From assembly GCA_020696365.1 (NCBI GenBank), contig JAEHCM010000001.1, forward strand, positions 18,813 through 82,812: a stretch of 64,000 bases of DNA, written 5' to 3'. The position numbers and the translations under genes are program-made. Of this stretch, positions 54,258-64,000 are shown one piece after another (the stretch's first letter is position 1; each line of letters begins with the position of its first letter). The stretch comes from Thermoplasmata archaeon (GTDB taxonomy: Archaea; Thermoplasmatota; Thermoplasmata; UBA10834). The notes beneath the pieces are model-generated. The model saw only the letters and a list, made by a program, of their open reading frames with translations, made no database searches and was not told the DNA's origin.

Positions 54258-54905
54258 TCAGGCCTCTGCTCGGGCTGCCATCTTCTTCTTGATCTTCTTC
54301 AGGCGGAATATGTTGTCCCGCTCCATCTCCTCGAGCCTGAAGCGGATGAACCGCTCTATCTCCTCGAGCTCCGGCAGCACCTTGAACTCGAGCGCGTTGA
54401 CCCTCCTCTTCGTCCGTTCGATCTCCTCAAGGAGCTTCTTCATCGTCGTCTCCAACTCCGCGGCCTTCACGACCGTCTCGACGAGCTTCTCGTAGGCGTC
54501 CGCCGCCTCATCTATCCTCGGGGAGGTGCCGATCACGCCGTAGCCGCGTTCGTCGAGCGGGGCGATTATCTTCGATGAGCTTATCTGAGGCACGACGACC
54601 CCCATCAGGTTCCTGGTCGTCAACTGTATCTCGGGGTGTATCGTCAGGGCGTACGCCGCGGACCGGACTGCGATGACACCGTCGACGGCGTTCGCCACCG
54701 CGATCATCTCCGTCGCCTGCCTGTACTGCGCGGCTATCTCCGCCCGGATATCCTTCGCCCTGTCGAGTATCTCGAAGAACTCCATGATGAGCCCGTCGCG
54801 CTTGAGCTTGAGGATCTTGTGACCGTTCTTGACCAGGCTGATCTTCTTGGTGACCTCGAGCAGCTCCGAACGCGTCGGCTGAACTTCCCTAACAGGCATC
54901 TCCAA
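54258..54905 (-). CDS. atpD: A-type ATP synthase subunit D
   Basis: PTRSELLEVTKKISLVKNGHKILKLKRD and its operon position after B. Confidence 0.9.
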   Translation of the reverse strand: MEMPVREVQPTRSELLEVTKKISLVKNGHKILKLKRDGLIMEFFEILDRAKDIRAEIAAQYRQATEMIAVANAVDGVIAVRSAAYALTIHPEIQLTTRNLMGVVVPQISSSKIIAPLDERGYGVIGTSPRIDEAADAYEKLVETVVKAAELETTMKKLLEEIERTKRRVNALEFKVLPELEEIERFIRFRLEEMERDNIFRLKKIKKKMAARAEA

Positions 54906-54906
54906 C

Positions 54907-56286
54907 TCACTTCTTCTTCATCGACGGATGATACTTCTCGATCAGCTTGCGGTCGATCTTGGTGAGGGACTCCACCGGCAGCGCGGACAGGAGCTCCCAG
55001 GCGAGGTCCAGGGTCTGCACTATCGTGCGGTCCTCGTCGCTGCCCTGCCGGACGAGCCTGTCCTCGAACGCCTCCGCGAAATCGAGGAACTTGCGGTCCC
55101 TATCGGACAGGGCCTCCTTGCCGACGATGGCGACCAAGCCACGCAGGTCCCGGCCTTCGGCGTATGCAGCATACAGCTGATCCGACACGGCCCTATGGTC
55201 CTCGCGCGTATGTCCCTCGCCGATCCCCTGACCCATGAGCCTCGACAGCGACCGCTCCACGGCGACGGGCGGGTAGATACCTTTCCGATGCAGCTCTCTG
55301 GACGCGACTATCTGTCCCTCCGTGATGTAACCTGTCAGGTCTGGTATCGGATGGGTGATGTCGTCACCCGGCATCGAGAGGATCGGGAACTGTGTGATCG
55401 ACCCCTTCTTGCCTTTGATCCTGCCAGCACGCTCGTACATCCCTGCAAGGTCGGTGTACATGTACCCCGGATAGCCCCGCCTCGCGGGCACCTCCTCCCT
55501 CGCGGCGCCGATCTGTCTCAGCGCTTCGCAGTAGTTCGTGAGGTCCGTTAGGATAACGAGGACGTGCATCCCTAGATCGAACGCGAGGTACTCGGCCGTC
55601 GTGAGCGCCAGCTTGGGCGTGAGCAACCGCTCGATAGCGGGATCGTCCGCTAGGTTGAGAAACACGACCGCCCTCTTCAGAGCGCCGGTGCGCTCGAAGT
55701 CCTTCATGAAGTACTGCGCCTCCTCGCTCGTGATGCCCATGGCACCGAACACGACCGCGAACTCCTCCCTCTCACCGAGCGTCTTCGCCTGTCGGGCGAT
55801 CTGCAGGGCGATATCGTTGTGCGGCAGCCCGGAGCCCGAGAATATCGGGAGCTTCTGTCCTCTGACGAGAGTGTTCATCCCATCTATCGATGATATGCCA
55901 GTCTGGATGAACTCCCTCGGGTTGTCCCTCGCGTACGGGTTGATCGCGGCCCCGATGATCTCGAGGCGCTTCTCTGGTATGATCGGCGGGCCCTTGTCGA
56001 GGGGGTCCCCGGACCCCGACAGAATCCTCCCGAGCATGTCTTTCGAGACGGGCATCTTCAGTGTCTCACCGAGGAACTTGACGCCTGATGCCTTATCGAT
56101 CCCGCCGGTCCCCTCGAAGACCTGGACGACCACGACCTCGTCTGAGGTGTCCAGCACCTGCCCCCTCTTGCTCGTGCCGTCGGGAAGGGCTATCGTCACG
56201 AGCTCGCCGTATGCGACGGGTTCGGTCTTCTCGACGAACACCAGCGGACCGGCTATCTGGGATATCGTGTGATACTCCTTGGTCAT
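54907..56286 (-). CDS. atpB: A-type ATP synthase subunit B
   Basis: [17 protein letters not shown]..., [30 protein letters not shown]-type region. Confidence 0.95.
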   Translation of the reverse strand: MTKEYHTISQIAGPLVFVEKTEPVAYGELVTIALPDGTSKRGQVLDTSDEVVVVQVFEGTGGIDKASGVKFLGETLKMPVSKDMLGRILSGSGDPLDKGPPIIPEKRLEIIGAAINPYARDNPREFIQTGISSIDGMNTLVRGQKLPIFSGSGLPHNDIALQIARQAKTLGEREEFAVVFGAMGITSEEAQYFMKDFERTGALKRAVVFLNLADDPAIERLLTPKLALTTAEYLAFDLGMHVLVILTDLTNYCEALRQIGAAREEVPARRGYPGYMYTDLAGMYERAGRIKGKKGSITQFPILSMPGDDITHPIPDLTGYITEGQIVASRELHRKGIYPPVAVERSLSRLMGQGIGEGHTREDHRAVSDQLYAAYAEGRDLRGLVAIVGKEALSDRDRKFLDFAEAFEDRLVRQGSDEDRTIVQTLDLAWELLSALPVESLTKIDRKLIEKYHPSMKKK

Positions 56287-56289
56287 CCT

Positions 56290-58026
56290 TCACACCCCCA
56301 GCTCTGAGAACTCGCGCTCCATCTGTCCGGCCATCCTCTTGAGGTCCTCATCTATGCTCTCCTCGAACTTCAGCTTGCCGAGCTCGGTCCTGCACTTGAG
56401 CGATTTTATCTTCTCCAGCGGGACCTCGAGCGAAACCGCCTTCTTCGCGAGGTCGAAGAACCGGCGGATGGCGCGCATGTATTCGTACTGCCTCTTCAAC
56501 GGGCTGTACGTGTCGACGGGATGATACGCACTCTGTTGTAGGAATATCTCCCTGATCATCCTGGCAACTTCGAGCGTGAGCTGCTCCTGCTCCGGCAGGG
56601 CGTCTGACCCGAGGAGCTGCACGATCTCCTGCAGCTCCGACTCTTTCTGCAGCGTCTCCATCGCCCAAAGGCGGACCGCGCTCCAGTCCTCGGCGACGTT
56701 CATGCTGTACCATGCCTCGAGAGTTGGGCTGTACAGCGAGTAGGATGTGAGCCAGTTGATGGCGGGGAAGTGTCTCCGCTCCCTTAGCTTAGAGTCCAGC
56801 GCCCAGAACACCTTCACGATTCTGAGAGTGTTCTGAGTGACGGGCTCGCTGAAGTCTCCTCCGGAAGGCGATACCGCCCCGATCACAGATATGGAACCTG
56901 TTGGACCTGAGAGCGTCTTCACCCTCCCGCACCTCTCGTAGAACTCGGACAGCCTCGACGCGAGATAGGCAGGATATCCCTCCTCTCCGGGCATCTCCTC
57001 GAGACGGGACGATATCTCCCTCATCGCCTCTGCCCACCTAGACGTGGAGTCGGCCATCAGCGACACATCGTAACCCATGTCCCTGTAGTACTCGGCGATG
57101 GTGATCCCAGTGTACACCGACGCCTCACGCGCCGCGACGGGCATGTTCGACGTGTTGGCGATCAGAACGGTTCTTCCCATGAGCGGCTTGCCCGTCTTCG
57201 GGTCCTCCAGCTCCGGGAAGGACGTCAGCACCTCGGTCATCTCGTTGCCTCTCTCCCCGCAACCGACGTAGACGACTATGTGAGCGTCGCTCCACTTCGA
57301 AAGCTGCTGGGAAGTCACCGTCTTGCCAGTGCCGAACCCTCCCGGGATCGCGGCGGTGCCACCTTTCGCCAGAGGAAACAGCGTATCGAGCACGCGCTGT
57401 CCTGTCACGAGAGGGATGTCGGGAAGCAGCTTTTCGGTGTACGGCCGCGATGTCCGGACCGCCCACCTCTGCATCATCCTCAATACGTGGCCGTTCTCCA
57501 GCTCGCCCACGGGCTCCACCACGGTGAACGCTCCCTCGGATATCGACTTGACCCTGCCGTTCACCTTGGGCGGGAGGAGCACGCGATGCACGAGGTTGCC
57601 TTCCGGCACCTCACCGATGACCATACCGCCCTGGAGTTCGTCGCCCCTCTTCACCTTGGGCGTGAACTGCCACTTCTTCGTGGGATCCAGCCCCGGAGCC
57701 GTTAGGCCGCGGGAGACGAAATCCCCCTCCTTCTCCATCAGCACCGGGAGCGGCCTCTGCACCCCGTCGTATATGCTCGAGAGCAGCCCCGGCCCCAGCT
57801 GCACCTGCAACGGCTCACCCGTGTTGGAGACGGGCTCTCCGGGGCGTATGCCGGATGTGTCCTCGTATACCTGGATGATGGACCTGTCGCCCACGAGTTT
57901 GATGACCTCACCCATGAGGCTGAGGTCTCCCACGAGCACGACATCGTACATCCTGGGAGATATCCCTTCTGCGGTGACGACCGGTCCTGCTATCCTGACG
58001 ATCTTTCCCTTGCCTTGTTCCTCCAT
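56290..58026 (-). CDS. atpA: A-type ATP synthase catalytic subunit A (578 aa, no intein)
   Basis: [11 protein letters not shown], Walker [22 protein letters not shown]. Confidence 0.95.
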   Translation of the reverse strand: MEEQGKGKIVRIAGPVVTAEGISPRMYDVVLVGDLSLMGEVIKLVGDRSIIQVYEDTSGIRPGEPVSNTGEPLQVQLGPGLLSSIYDGVQRPLPVLMEKEGDFVSRGLTAPGLDPTKKWQFTPKVKRGDELQGGMVIGEVPEGNLVHRVLLPPKVNGRVKSISEGAFTVVEPVGELENGHVLRMMQRWAVRTSRPYTEKLLPDIPLVTGQRVLDTLFPLAKGGTAAIPGGFGTGKTVTSQQLSKWSDAHIVVYVGCGERGNEMTEVLTSFPELEDPKTGKPLMGRTVLIANTSNMPVAAREASVYTGITIAEYYRDMGYDVSLMADSTSRWAEAMREISSRLEEMPGEEGYPAYLASRLSEFYERCGRVKTLSGPTGSISVIGAVSPSGGDFSEPVTQNTLRIVKVFWALDSKLRERRHFPAINWLTSYSLYSPTLEAWYSMNVAEDWSAVRLWAMETLQKESELQEIVQLLGSDALPEQEQLTLEVARMIREIFLQQSAYHPVDTYSPLKRQYEYMRAIRRFFDLAKKAVSLEVPLEKIKSLKCRTELGKLKFEESIDEDLKRMAGQMEREFSELGV

Positions 58027-58045
58027 GCGGATCGCTCCTCCTATC

Positions 58046-58345
58046 TCACTTGGTCCTGTAAAGGTCGATGCCCATCGCCCGTCGCACCTTGTCCCGGATG
58101 TCGCCCTCTTCCTCTCCTACGGGGATCACAACGGGGTCTACGCTGCCCATCATCCTGTCCCTGAGATGTTGGGGCAGCCTCTCAAGGTCCTTCGGGTGCA
58201 CCGCGAGAATGCCGATGTCCTTCTCCTCCATCAGCGAGACTATCGTCTCCTCCAGCTTCTCTGGCGGCACGCCATGAACCTTCTTGATACCGGCGAGCCT
58301 GAACCCGACGACGAACTCCTCAGACCCGACGACTGCTATCTCCAT
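58046..58345 (-). CDS. atpF: A-type ATP synthase subunit F
   Basis: [20 protein letters not shown]... and its position between C and A. Confidence 0.85.
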   Translation of the reverse strand: MEIAVVGSEEFVVGFRLAGIKKVHGVPPEKLEETIVSLMEEKDIGILAVHPKDLERLPQHLRDRMMGSVDPVVIPVGEEEGDIRDKVRRAMGIDLYRTK

Positions 58346-58346
58346 C

Positions 58347-59417
58347 TCACATCACCAATAGATCATCTATCACTTCATTCGAGAGGGCCCTCTCCTTGCC
58401 CCTCGCGATTATCCTGATGTTGTCCACCTCGACCTTCTTCCGGATCATGTAATCGATGATCGGAAGGACGGAGAGTGGATAATACCTGCCGAATTTCTCG
58501 GCGGTGCGGATCAACGCCTTGTCGAGCGCGATCGTGAGGCCCGACAGCCTCTGATCCTCCTTGAACCGCTCCATGCTCGGCTTGATGGTCTCATACATGG
58601 ACGATTTCTCCAGCTCCTCCAAGATCTGGTCCACCCCGGGGCTCTGCGCCATCGTCCTCATCCGGTCCATCCTGAACTCCATACCGCCTTGGATCAGGTA
58701 CTTCTGCACCTTATCCTCGGGGAGGCCTTCGGCCTTCAGCTTCAGAAGCACCTTGAGGTTCGTCACATCGATCTCCCTTCGAATGAAATCCCGGAGAAGC
58801 GTCGTCGCGCTGTTGGTCGGCTCGATCACGTCCAGAAGGTCGTGGTACATCATCATGTCGAGGTGGTCCTCGAACGATGCGAGCTTACCGGCTTCGACTA
58901 CGTCCCGCTCCACCTCAGGTGTGATCCTCAGCGAGGGGTGCTTCGCCAGCTCCTCGATCACGGCCCTGGTCGATTCCATCGCGATGAGCGACTTCAGATA
59001 GGCTTCCGAGAATGCCCCGGCAGGCACGATCGTGTCGGCGACCTCGTCCAGCTGCGCGCCGGACACCTTGCCTCTGAGTATCGTCTTCACGTTGAAGGTG
59101 TCCCATCGCCTGAGGTAGTTGCCGACCATGTTCCTCAGACGGCCCGTGGTGAAGCTCAGCACGTCGGAGTAGGTCTCGGCCAGATTCCTGGTTACCGCGA
59201 CCTCGACAAGGTCGGCCCCGGAGTAACGGGATGCGTAATGCGTCACCTCGTCTCGGTATCGAGTCTCGCCGAGGAACCTGCCTATCGCGTGCACATCCAT
59301 CATGAGCAGACGGGAGTAGACGTCCCTCGAGAGGAGGAACTTCTTCCGCGCCTTGACCCGTGCGCACGCATAGGCGTAGTTACCTCTCCGACCGAAAACC
59401 TTCATGGGTCCCCTCAT
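58347..59417 (-). CDS. atpC: A-type ATP synthase subunit C
   Basis: GNYAYACARVKARKKFLL typical N-terminus. Start set at MRGPMKV (59417), which forms an ATGA overlap with the atpE stop. Confidence 0.85.
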   Translation of the reverse strand: MRGPMKVFGRRGNYAYACARVKARKKFLLSRDVYSRLLMMDVHAIGRFLGETRYRDEVTHYASRYSGADLVEVAVTRNLAETYSDVLSFTTGRLRNMVGNYLRRWDTFNVKTILRGKVSGAQLDEVADTIVPAGAFSEAYLKSLIAMESTRAVIEELAKHPSLRITPEVERDVVEAGKLASFEDHLDMMMYHDLLDVIEPTNSATTLLRDFIRREIDVTNLKVLLKLKAEGLPEDKVQKYLIQGGMEFRMDRMRTMAQSPGVDQILEELEKSSMYETIKPSMERFKEDQRLSGLTIALDKALIRTAEKFGRYYPLSVLPIIDYMIRKKVEVDNIRIIARGKERALSNEVIDDLLVM

Positions 59418-59980
59418 CCAAACAGCTGGGTGTATATCTCGTTCATCTTCTTGCCCCAGATCTCCTCCAGCATGGTCTCGAACCTGTAGTCCAGCCTCAC
59501 GGTGCGGTCCATGGTCTCGAAGACCAGACCGCCTAGGCAATCGATGGTCCCGCCGCTCGCGACCCTCGGCGACCGCTTCAGCAACGCGCTGTCTGCCTTG
59601 TTCGAATAGACATAGCAGTCACCGAGTATCCCCTCCGCCTTCGAGAACAGTTTGGCGTACAGCATCTGTTTCTTGTCCTCGGGATACACGGCAAGCTCGG
59701 CGAGGATCCGTTCCCTAAGGTCTTCGAGCACTTCGCGCTGTGCCGACAGCAGCATCTTGCGCGACTCGAGCTCTGCGCTCGATAATTCGTGCTGCTCCAG
59801 CTGTGTGACCTGCGCCTCCGCCCTCTTATGCGCTCTCTCACGGTCCGTCTTCATCTCTGCGTCGGCGGATCGGACCGGTTCATCTCGCTCGCGCTCTCCC
59901 TGGCGGATTATCTCCTGCGCCCGCTCCTCCCCCTTCCGGAGGATGTCCTCGATCAACTTCTCCAAGCCCATAGTCTTCAC
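59414..59980 (-). CDS. atpE: A-type ATP synthase subunit E
   Basis: Charged coiled-coil N-terminus (LEKLIEDILRKGEERAQEIIRQGE) and its operon position. Confidence 0.85.
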   Translation of the reverse strand: MKTMGLEKLIEDILRKGEERAQEIIRQGERERDEPVRSADAEMKTDRERAHKRAEAQVTQLEQHELSSAELESRKMLLSAQREVLEDLRERILAELAVYPEDKKQMLYAKLFSKAEGILGDCYVYSNKADSALLKRSPRVASGGTIDCLGGLVFETMDRTVRLDYRFETMLEEIWGKKMNEIYTQLFG

Positions 59981-60030
59981 GCTCTTCTATCCGTGGCGTA
60001 CTGGCGATCAGCCCTTGTTGTTGGGCCGGG

Positions 60031-60258
60031 CTACACCTTTCCGTACAGCAGGAACGCGACGACGAAGCCCAGGATCACTATCGTCTCGGGAAGGACCAAC
60101 AATATCATGCCCTTCCCGAACATCTTGGGGTCCTCGGCGGTCGCGCCGACCGCTGCCGCGCCTATCTGACCTTGCGCCAAACCGGTGCCGATCCCCGCGA
60201 GACCTAGCGCGAGCCCGGCGCCGATCAGCGCCATTCCCTGTGCATCAAACTCTAGCAT
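60031..60258 (-). CDS. atpK: A-type ATP synthase proteolipid subunit K (single hairpin, 75 aa)
   Basis: GAGLALGLAGIGTGLAQGQIG helix 1; LVLPETIVILGF helix 2 with the carboxylate. Confidence 0.9.
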   Translation of the reverse strand: MLEFDAQGMALIGAGLALGLAGIGTGLAQGQIGAAAVGATAEDPKMFGKGMILLVLPETIVILGFVVAFLLYGKV

Positions 60259-62264
60259 TTCATTCCACCTTCTTCCGCTATCTTACCTGTCGAGTGCCTC
60301 CGCTCGTATTTCAAAGGTTCGAAGTCCACTCCTCCGCCCTCGAAGAACTTGAGGAAGAACTCGACATAATTTAGCCTGATTGCCTGAATCCCGGCGGACA
60401 ACGCGCCGAGGAAGAACACGAAGAACATCTGTGTCACGAAGAGCGCGAGCGCTCCCGCGATCGCGATGCCTATGTTCCCGCTGTCGAATATGAGAGGGAA
60501 CAGCATCGTATTGAATGCCAACGCCATCGCGCCTTTTCCGACGGCGAGCGCGGCCAACCTCGTGTACGACACCAGGTTCGTGAACAGTCCGATCACCTCT
60601 GTGAGGGCGAGCGCGCCCTCTGTGAACGGCAATGCTACAACGCCAGCCACGATGAACATGACCGCGGGGATGGATACGGTCGTCCCAACGACGGCGATCG
60701 TGACGTCGGGGAGAAACGCGAGAACCGTGGCGTTCATCATCTCACTCGTCGCTGTCGCGTTGCCAGCTATGACCATCATCTCGGCGAACATGCCGAAGAG
60801 TATCGGGAGCCATGCGAGCTTGGCAAGGGCGTGCCTCATGTTGTGTTTCATATGGTTCATGAACCCGAAGACGAACCCGAGCGTGAGGTGCAGCCATCCT
60901 GCGAGAATCGATATCGCAAGCAGCTCCTTGATGTCGTGCATCTTGTCCAGCATAGGATGGATCGGTATGTTCGCGACGACCTCCCATGAGTGCTCATCGT
61001 GGGCGCCCTCCGGCGGATGGAACGGGACGCCGAACGCCTCCGCGAAAACGAAGAGGCCGAAGACGCTCGCCACTAAACCTCCTGCTAGGATTATCGTGCC
61101 GAGTCGCTTGAGGTCAGGGTACTCCTTCAGCTTGAGTCTCATGACCAGTCCCAGCAGGAACAACCCGATGCCGAACCCGATATCTCCGATCATGAAGCCG
61201 AAGAAGAGCGGGAAGGTGACGAACAGGACGAGGGTGGGGTCGAGCTCCCTGTAACGCGGAGTCGATACCAGGCTTATGAAGAACTCGAACGGGCGAGCCG
61301 GAAGAGGGTTCCTGAGTTTGACAGGGGGCTCGTCTTCGTGGTCCGCGGGCGTCGTCTCGACGAAGGCAAGGCCGCTGCATGTCTTCTCTAGCTCGCCATG
61401 GATCCCCTTCACCTTGGCTGTAGGCATCCATCCGTCGATGACAAACGAATGCTGACTCGTAGCGATGCGCAACGGCGTCTCCGCCTTCATCACCTCGATC
61501 GCCAGATGTTCTTCGGACGCGGTGATCAGATCGGCAAACCGCTTCCTCGAACTTTCAAGCTCGCTCTCGATCCGCTCAAGATCTTTCTGCAGCTCGACCA
61601 CGTCGGCGCGGTTCTTGTCTACGATCTGATCTATCCTGCCGGTGACCTCGGGGAGCTTGATCTCCTGGAAGCCATGCTCCGCAAGGGTACGACCGGCATC
61701 CAATTGGCGGTCCGTTCTCACGAAGAGGGCCAGCGCCAACCCGCCCGCGGTGCCTGCTTTGAACAGCTCGTACTCACCGATCTTTGCTTTGAGGGATGCC
61801 TCCGGGTCTGTCTTGCACAGCCCAGCAAGGACCGACGCGCTCTCGTAACCCGAGAGATCCTCCACTCTGAGACCGAATGAGGAGAACGGCTCGAGCGCGC
61901 GTATCTCGGACTCCTTCTCCCTCACAAGGGAGTGTATTTTCTGCTTCGATTCGACCTTGCCCGAGATGTTCAGATCCATCGTGACGAGCGCCTGGTCGAG
62001 CTTCCCCTCGATCTCTTCGACGGATATCTTATGCGACGGTTTGTGGTTGTCTATCTCGAGCGACCGAATCATCGCCCTGAGCTTGAGGAGCTTCTGGGAA
62101 GCCGCAGACGCCCTCGGAAACGGCTGTCCGATGTTGAAATCCTCCCCCTCGGTGAAGTCTATGAGATGTAACGCCCCAAGGTCGAACAGGCATTCGATGG
62201 TCGTATCCAGGCTGTCCATCGAACCTACGACGACCACCCGAGTCATCTGCTCGGGTCTAAACAT
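60252..62264 (-). CDS. atpI: A-type ATP synthase subunit I (stator a-subunit)
   Basis: MFRPEQMTRVVVVG N-terminus, 670 aa, C-terminal multi-TM domain with LVSYTRLAALAV (conserved Arg). Confidence 0.9.
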   Translation of the reverse strand: MFRPEQMTRVVVVGSMDSLDTTIECLFDLGALHLIDFTEGEDFNIGQPFPRASAASQKLLKLRAMIRSLEIDNHKPSHKISVEEIEGKLDQALVTMDLNISGKVESKQKIHSLVREKESEIRALEPFSSFGLRVEDLSGYESASVLAGLCKTDPEASLKAKIGEYELFKAGTAGGLALALFVRTDRQLDAGRTLAEHGFQEIKLPEVTGRIDQIVDKNRADVVELQKDLERIESELESSRKRFADLITASEEHLAIEVMKAETPLRIATSQHSFVIDGWMPTAKVKGIHGELEKTCSGLAFVETTPADHEDEPPVKLRNPLPARPFEFFISLVSTPRYRELDPTLVLFVTFPLFFGFMIGDIGFGIGLFLLGLVMRLKLKEYPDLKRLGTIILAGGLVASVFGLFVFAEAFGVPFHPPEGAHDEHSWEVVANIPIHPMLDKMHDIKELLAISILAGWLHLTLGFVFGFMNHMKHNMRHALAKLAWLPILFGMFAEMMVIAGNATATSEMMNATVLAFLPDVTIAVVGTTVSIPAVMFIVAGVVALPFTEGALALTEVIGLFTNLVSYTRLAALAVGKGAMALAFNTMLFPLIFDSGNIGIAIAGALALFVTQMFFVFFLGALSAGIQAIRLNYVEFFLKFFEGGGVDFEPLKYERRHSTGKIAEEGGMKC

Positions 62265-62583
62265 CGGCGGCCCTCTCGAACTCGGATAGAACGAAGGCCT
62301 TCACCTTCACGGTGCTGCGCTTGGCGTTGGTTGCGAGCGCCTCGGCGCGTCTCTCTCCTTCCTCGAGGACCGCCTTCTTCCGAGTCTCGATCTGCGTCTT
62401 CGCACTAGACATGCGCGAGTCGAGTTCCTTCTTGAGTTCGGCCTCGGCCGCCTCGACCCTCTGAAAAGCAAGACGTTTTCCCTCGGCCTGTAGCTGCTTC
62501 CTCCGTTCCTCGGCCTCCTTAAGCGTGACCTCGACCTTCACCTCAGCTTCACGAATCTGATTAAGGATGTCGGCCTTGCCCAT
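62257..62583 (-). CDS. atpH: A-type ATP synthase subunit H
   Basis: ILNQIREAEVKVEVTLKEAEERRKQ coiled coil; first gene of the operon. Start set at MGKADIL (62583). Confidence 0.8.
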   Translation of the reverse strand: MGKADILNQIREAEVKVEVTLKEAEERRKQLQAEGKRLAFQRVEAAEAELKKELDSRMSSAKTQIETRKKAVLEEGERRAEALATNAKRSTVKVKAFVLSEFERAADV

Positions 62584-62616
62584 GGATGACGCGCCCCTGT
62601 CCGCTGATGCCGTCAG

Positions 62617-62626
62617 CATATAAATA
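62617..62626 (-). promoter_or_regulatory. Candidate TATA box for the atp operon
   Basis: The minus strand reads TATTTATATG, ~39 nt upstream of the atpH ATG at 62583. Confidence 0.4.
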
Positions 62627-62859
62627 GACTACGAGCAGAGACGGGCGGACGCATGGGAAATCCTTCGGCATCTGATTGTCGCGCCCGAGGCCGTCCTCGA
62701 CGGCGCACAACGGGAGGGGGAATGCCCCCATCACGGGCAGGTCATGGACATAGTTGTGCATTCCTAGCTTACTGACCCACGGCAACCTTATACTATGTAT
62801 CCGCACTTCCGAGGATGGCGAGGAGTCGACGATGTGCTCCTCGGAAGGGGGATAAAAAC

Positions 62860-64000
62860 ATGGCAACCTGTCGGAGAGTAGTGGCGACTCGCTCGTTTGC
62901 TGTCGCATTCGCCGTTTTCGCGGCGTTGATATTACCAACGATGCTCGGGTCGTGCGGCGTGGACTACTCGAACACCGGAAGTATGGAAGCTCAAGAGGAT
63001 GCACCGAGGAAATGGACGATAGCCATGTATTGGGCGAGCGACAACAACCTCGATGAGTACACGGAGTACTTCATAGAGCTCTGGATGGAGTATCTGACGA
63101 ACCGGGAGGATGTCGCGCTGTGTGTCTTCATCGATAGGCTGGAGCTGCCGGCGAACATCAGTACGCTGACAGAGGAGGGATGGACGGAGATAGAGAACCT
63201 CGGCGAGGTGAACTCCTCTTCGCCGGACACTCTCGAATCATTCGTCACCTACGCCTTGACGGAGCCGGACTTGGCTTCCGAGAACTTCATGCTCATGGTA
63301 CAGAACCACGGAAATGGGTATCTGGGTCTATGCTCCGACGAGGGGCTGCCTGAGTCGGACCTGGCGAAGGCGTGGATGTCGATAGACGATCTTGCTCAGG
63401 GCATACGTGGCGCTTTGGACGCGACGCAGAAATCGATAGACATCATCTCACTCGACGCATGCACACTCGGTACGATCGAGGTGGCCTACGAACTCAGAGG
63501 GACGGCCTCGTACATGGTATCGTCCGCACTGGGTGTGCCCTTCGACGGACAGAACTACATAGACATGATGCGGGGCTTTACGGAGAACCCAGACATCACG
63601 CCCCTGGACCTCGCCTGCAAGCTTGTAGACGACTACGAGGCCTGGTACTCCGCGCCACTGCATACGCTCCCGACGCTCTACCCGTACATGCAGGACTTCG
63701 GACAGCTCTCGGTCGTCGACCTCAACGCGCTCGACCCGCTCATCGACGCGTTCTGCTCGTTTAAGGACGCTGTGCTCCCGAAGGACAATTCGATAGGCAA
63801 GTACCTCAAGACCGCGGCGGTCGATGCTGACGTATCTCTATGGATAAACAACATGGGTGTGTGGTTCTATCCTGACATCAAGGTCATGTTCACCACTCTC
63901 GGCGAGAGTCTGAGGACCAGCTATCCTGCCGTGGCCTCATGTTGCGACGCGATCGTCGATGCCGCAGATGTAGTAATCATACATAACTGGGCCAGTTGGA
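62860..64000 (+). CDS. Secreted clostripain-like cysteine peptidase (C11), paralog 3, with a lipobox-like signal; 3' end beyond the window
   Basis: Absent from the ORF track because it is open at the window edge. Own translation: MATCRRVVATRSFAVAFAVFAALILPTMLGSCGVDY..., WTIAMYWASDNNLDEY, His context MLMVQNHGNGYLG, Cys context IISLDACTLGTIE. Confidence 0.8.
   Translation, partial: MATCRRVVATRSFAVAFAVFAALILPTMLGSCGVDYSNTGSMEAQEDAPRKWTIAMYWASDNNLDEYTEYFIELWMEYLTNREDVALCVFIDRLELPANISTLTEEGWTEIENLGEVNSSSPDTLESFVTYALTEPDLASENFMLMVQNHGNGYLGLCSDEGLPESDLAKAWMSIDDLAQGIRGALDATQKSIDIISLDACTLGTIEVAYELRGTASYMVSSALGVPFDGQNYIDMMRGFTENPDITPLDLACKLVDDYEAWYSAPLHTLPTLYPYMQDFGQLSVVDLNALDPLIDAFCSFKDAVLPKDNSIGKYLKTAAVDADVSLWINNMGVWFYPDIKVMFTTLGESLRTSYPAVASCCDAIVDAADVVIIHNWASW

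Noticed and set aside
1-64000. CRISPR arrays, rRNA genes, IS elements with terminal inverted repeats, an intein in atpA
   Set aside because: I saw no regularly spaced short repeats, no rRNA-like sequence and no transposase-like ORFs. atpA is 578 aa and continuous across the P-loop region.

Overview
This 64-kb window reads as an archaeal chromosome segment. The markers are an A-type ATP synthase operon (H-I-K-E-C-F-A-B-D), TFB with Gar1, a two-unit tRNA-splicing endonuclease, the PolD small subunit, split GMP synthase and archaeal phosphopantothenate synthetase. GC is high by eye, which produces many antisense shadow ORFs in the track. My guess at lineage, a Thermoplasmatota-like euryarchaeon, is inference only. 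The housekeeping backbone includes ileS, dph6-like, rocD, rtcA, arfC, guaAA/AB, purE, ahcY, PPS, gap, endA, cobO, polD-DP1 and atp genes.

Several accessory-looking blocks interrupt that backbone:
- Three secreted clostripain-like (MEROPS C11) cysteine peptidase paralogs at 4.7, 50.9 and 62.9 kb.
- Three very large acidic surface proteins: a 1968-aa FG-GAP plus Ig-like repeat protein, an 1159-aa FG-GAP protein with an archaeal type IV pilin-like (class III) signal, and a 769-aa PKD protein.
- A tight V4R / KaiC-like / DUF835 operon next to cobO.
- Two tRNA-fragment scars. One is a 25-bp exact copy of the tRNA-Gly 3' end. The other is a pair of 119-bp direct repeats, each built from an integrase 3' end plus a tRNA-like piece, that bracket one C11 gene.
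- Several decayed gene fragments: GNAT, AAA ATPase, CYTH and a tyrosine integrase.

I saw no CRISPR array, no rRNA and only one convincing tRNA. All functional calls come from motif recognition by eye, with no database search. Coordinates taken from the raw sequence rather than the ORF track may be off by 1-2 nt.
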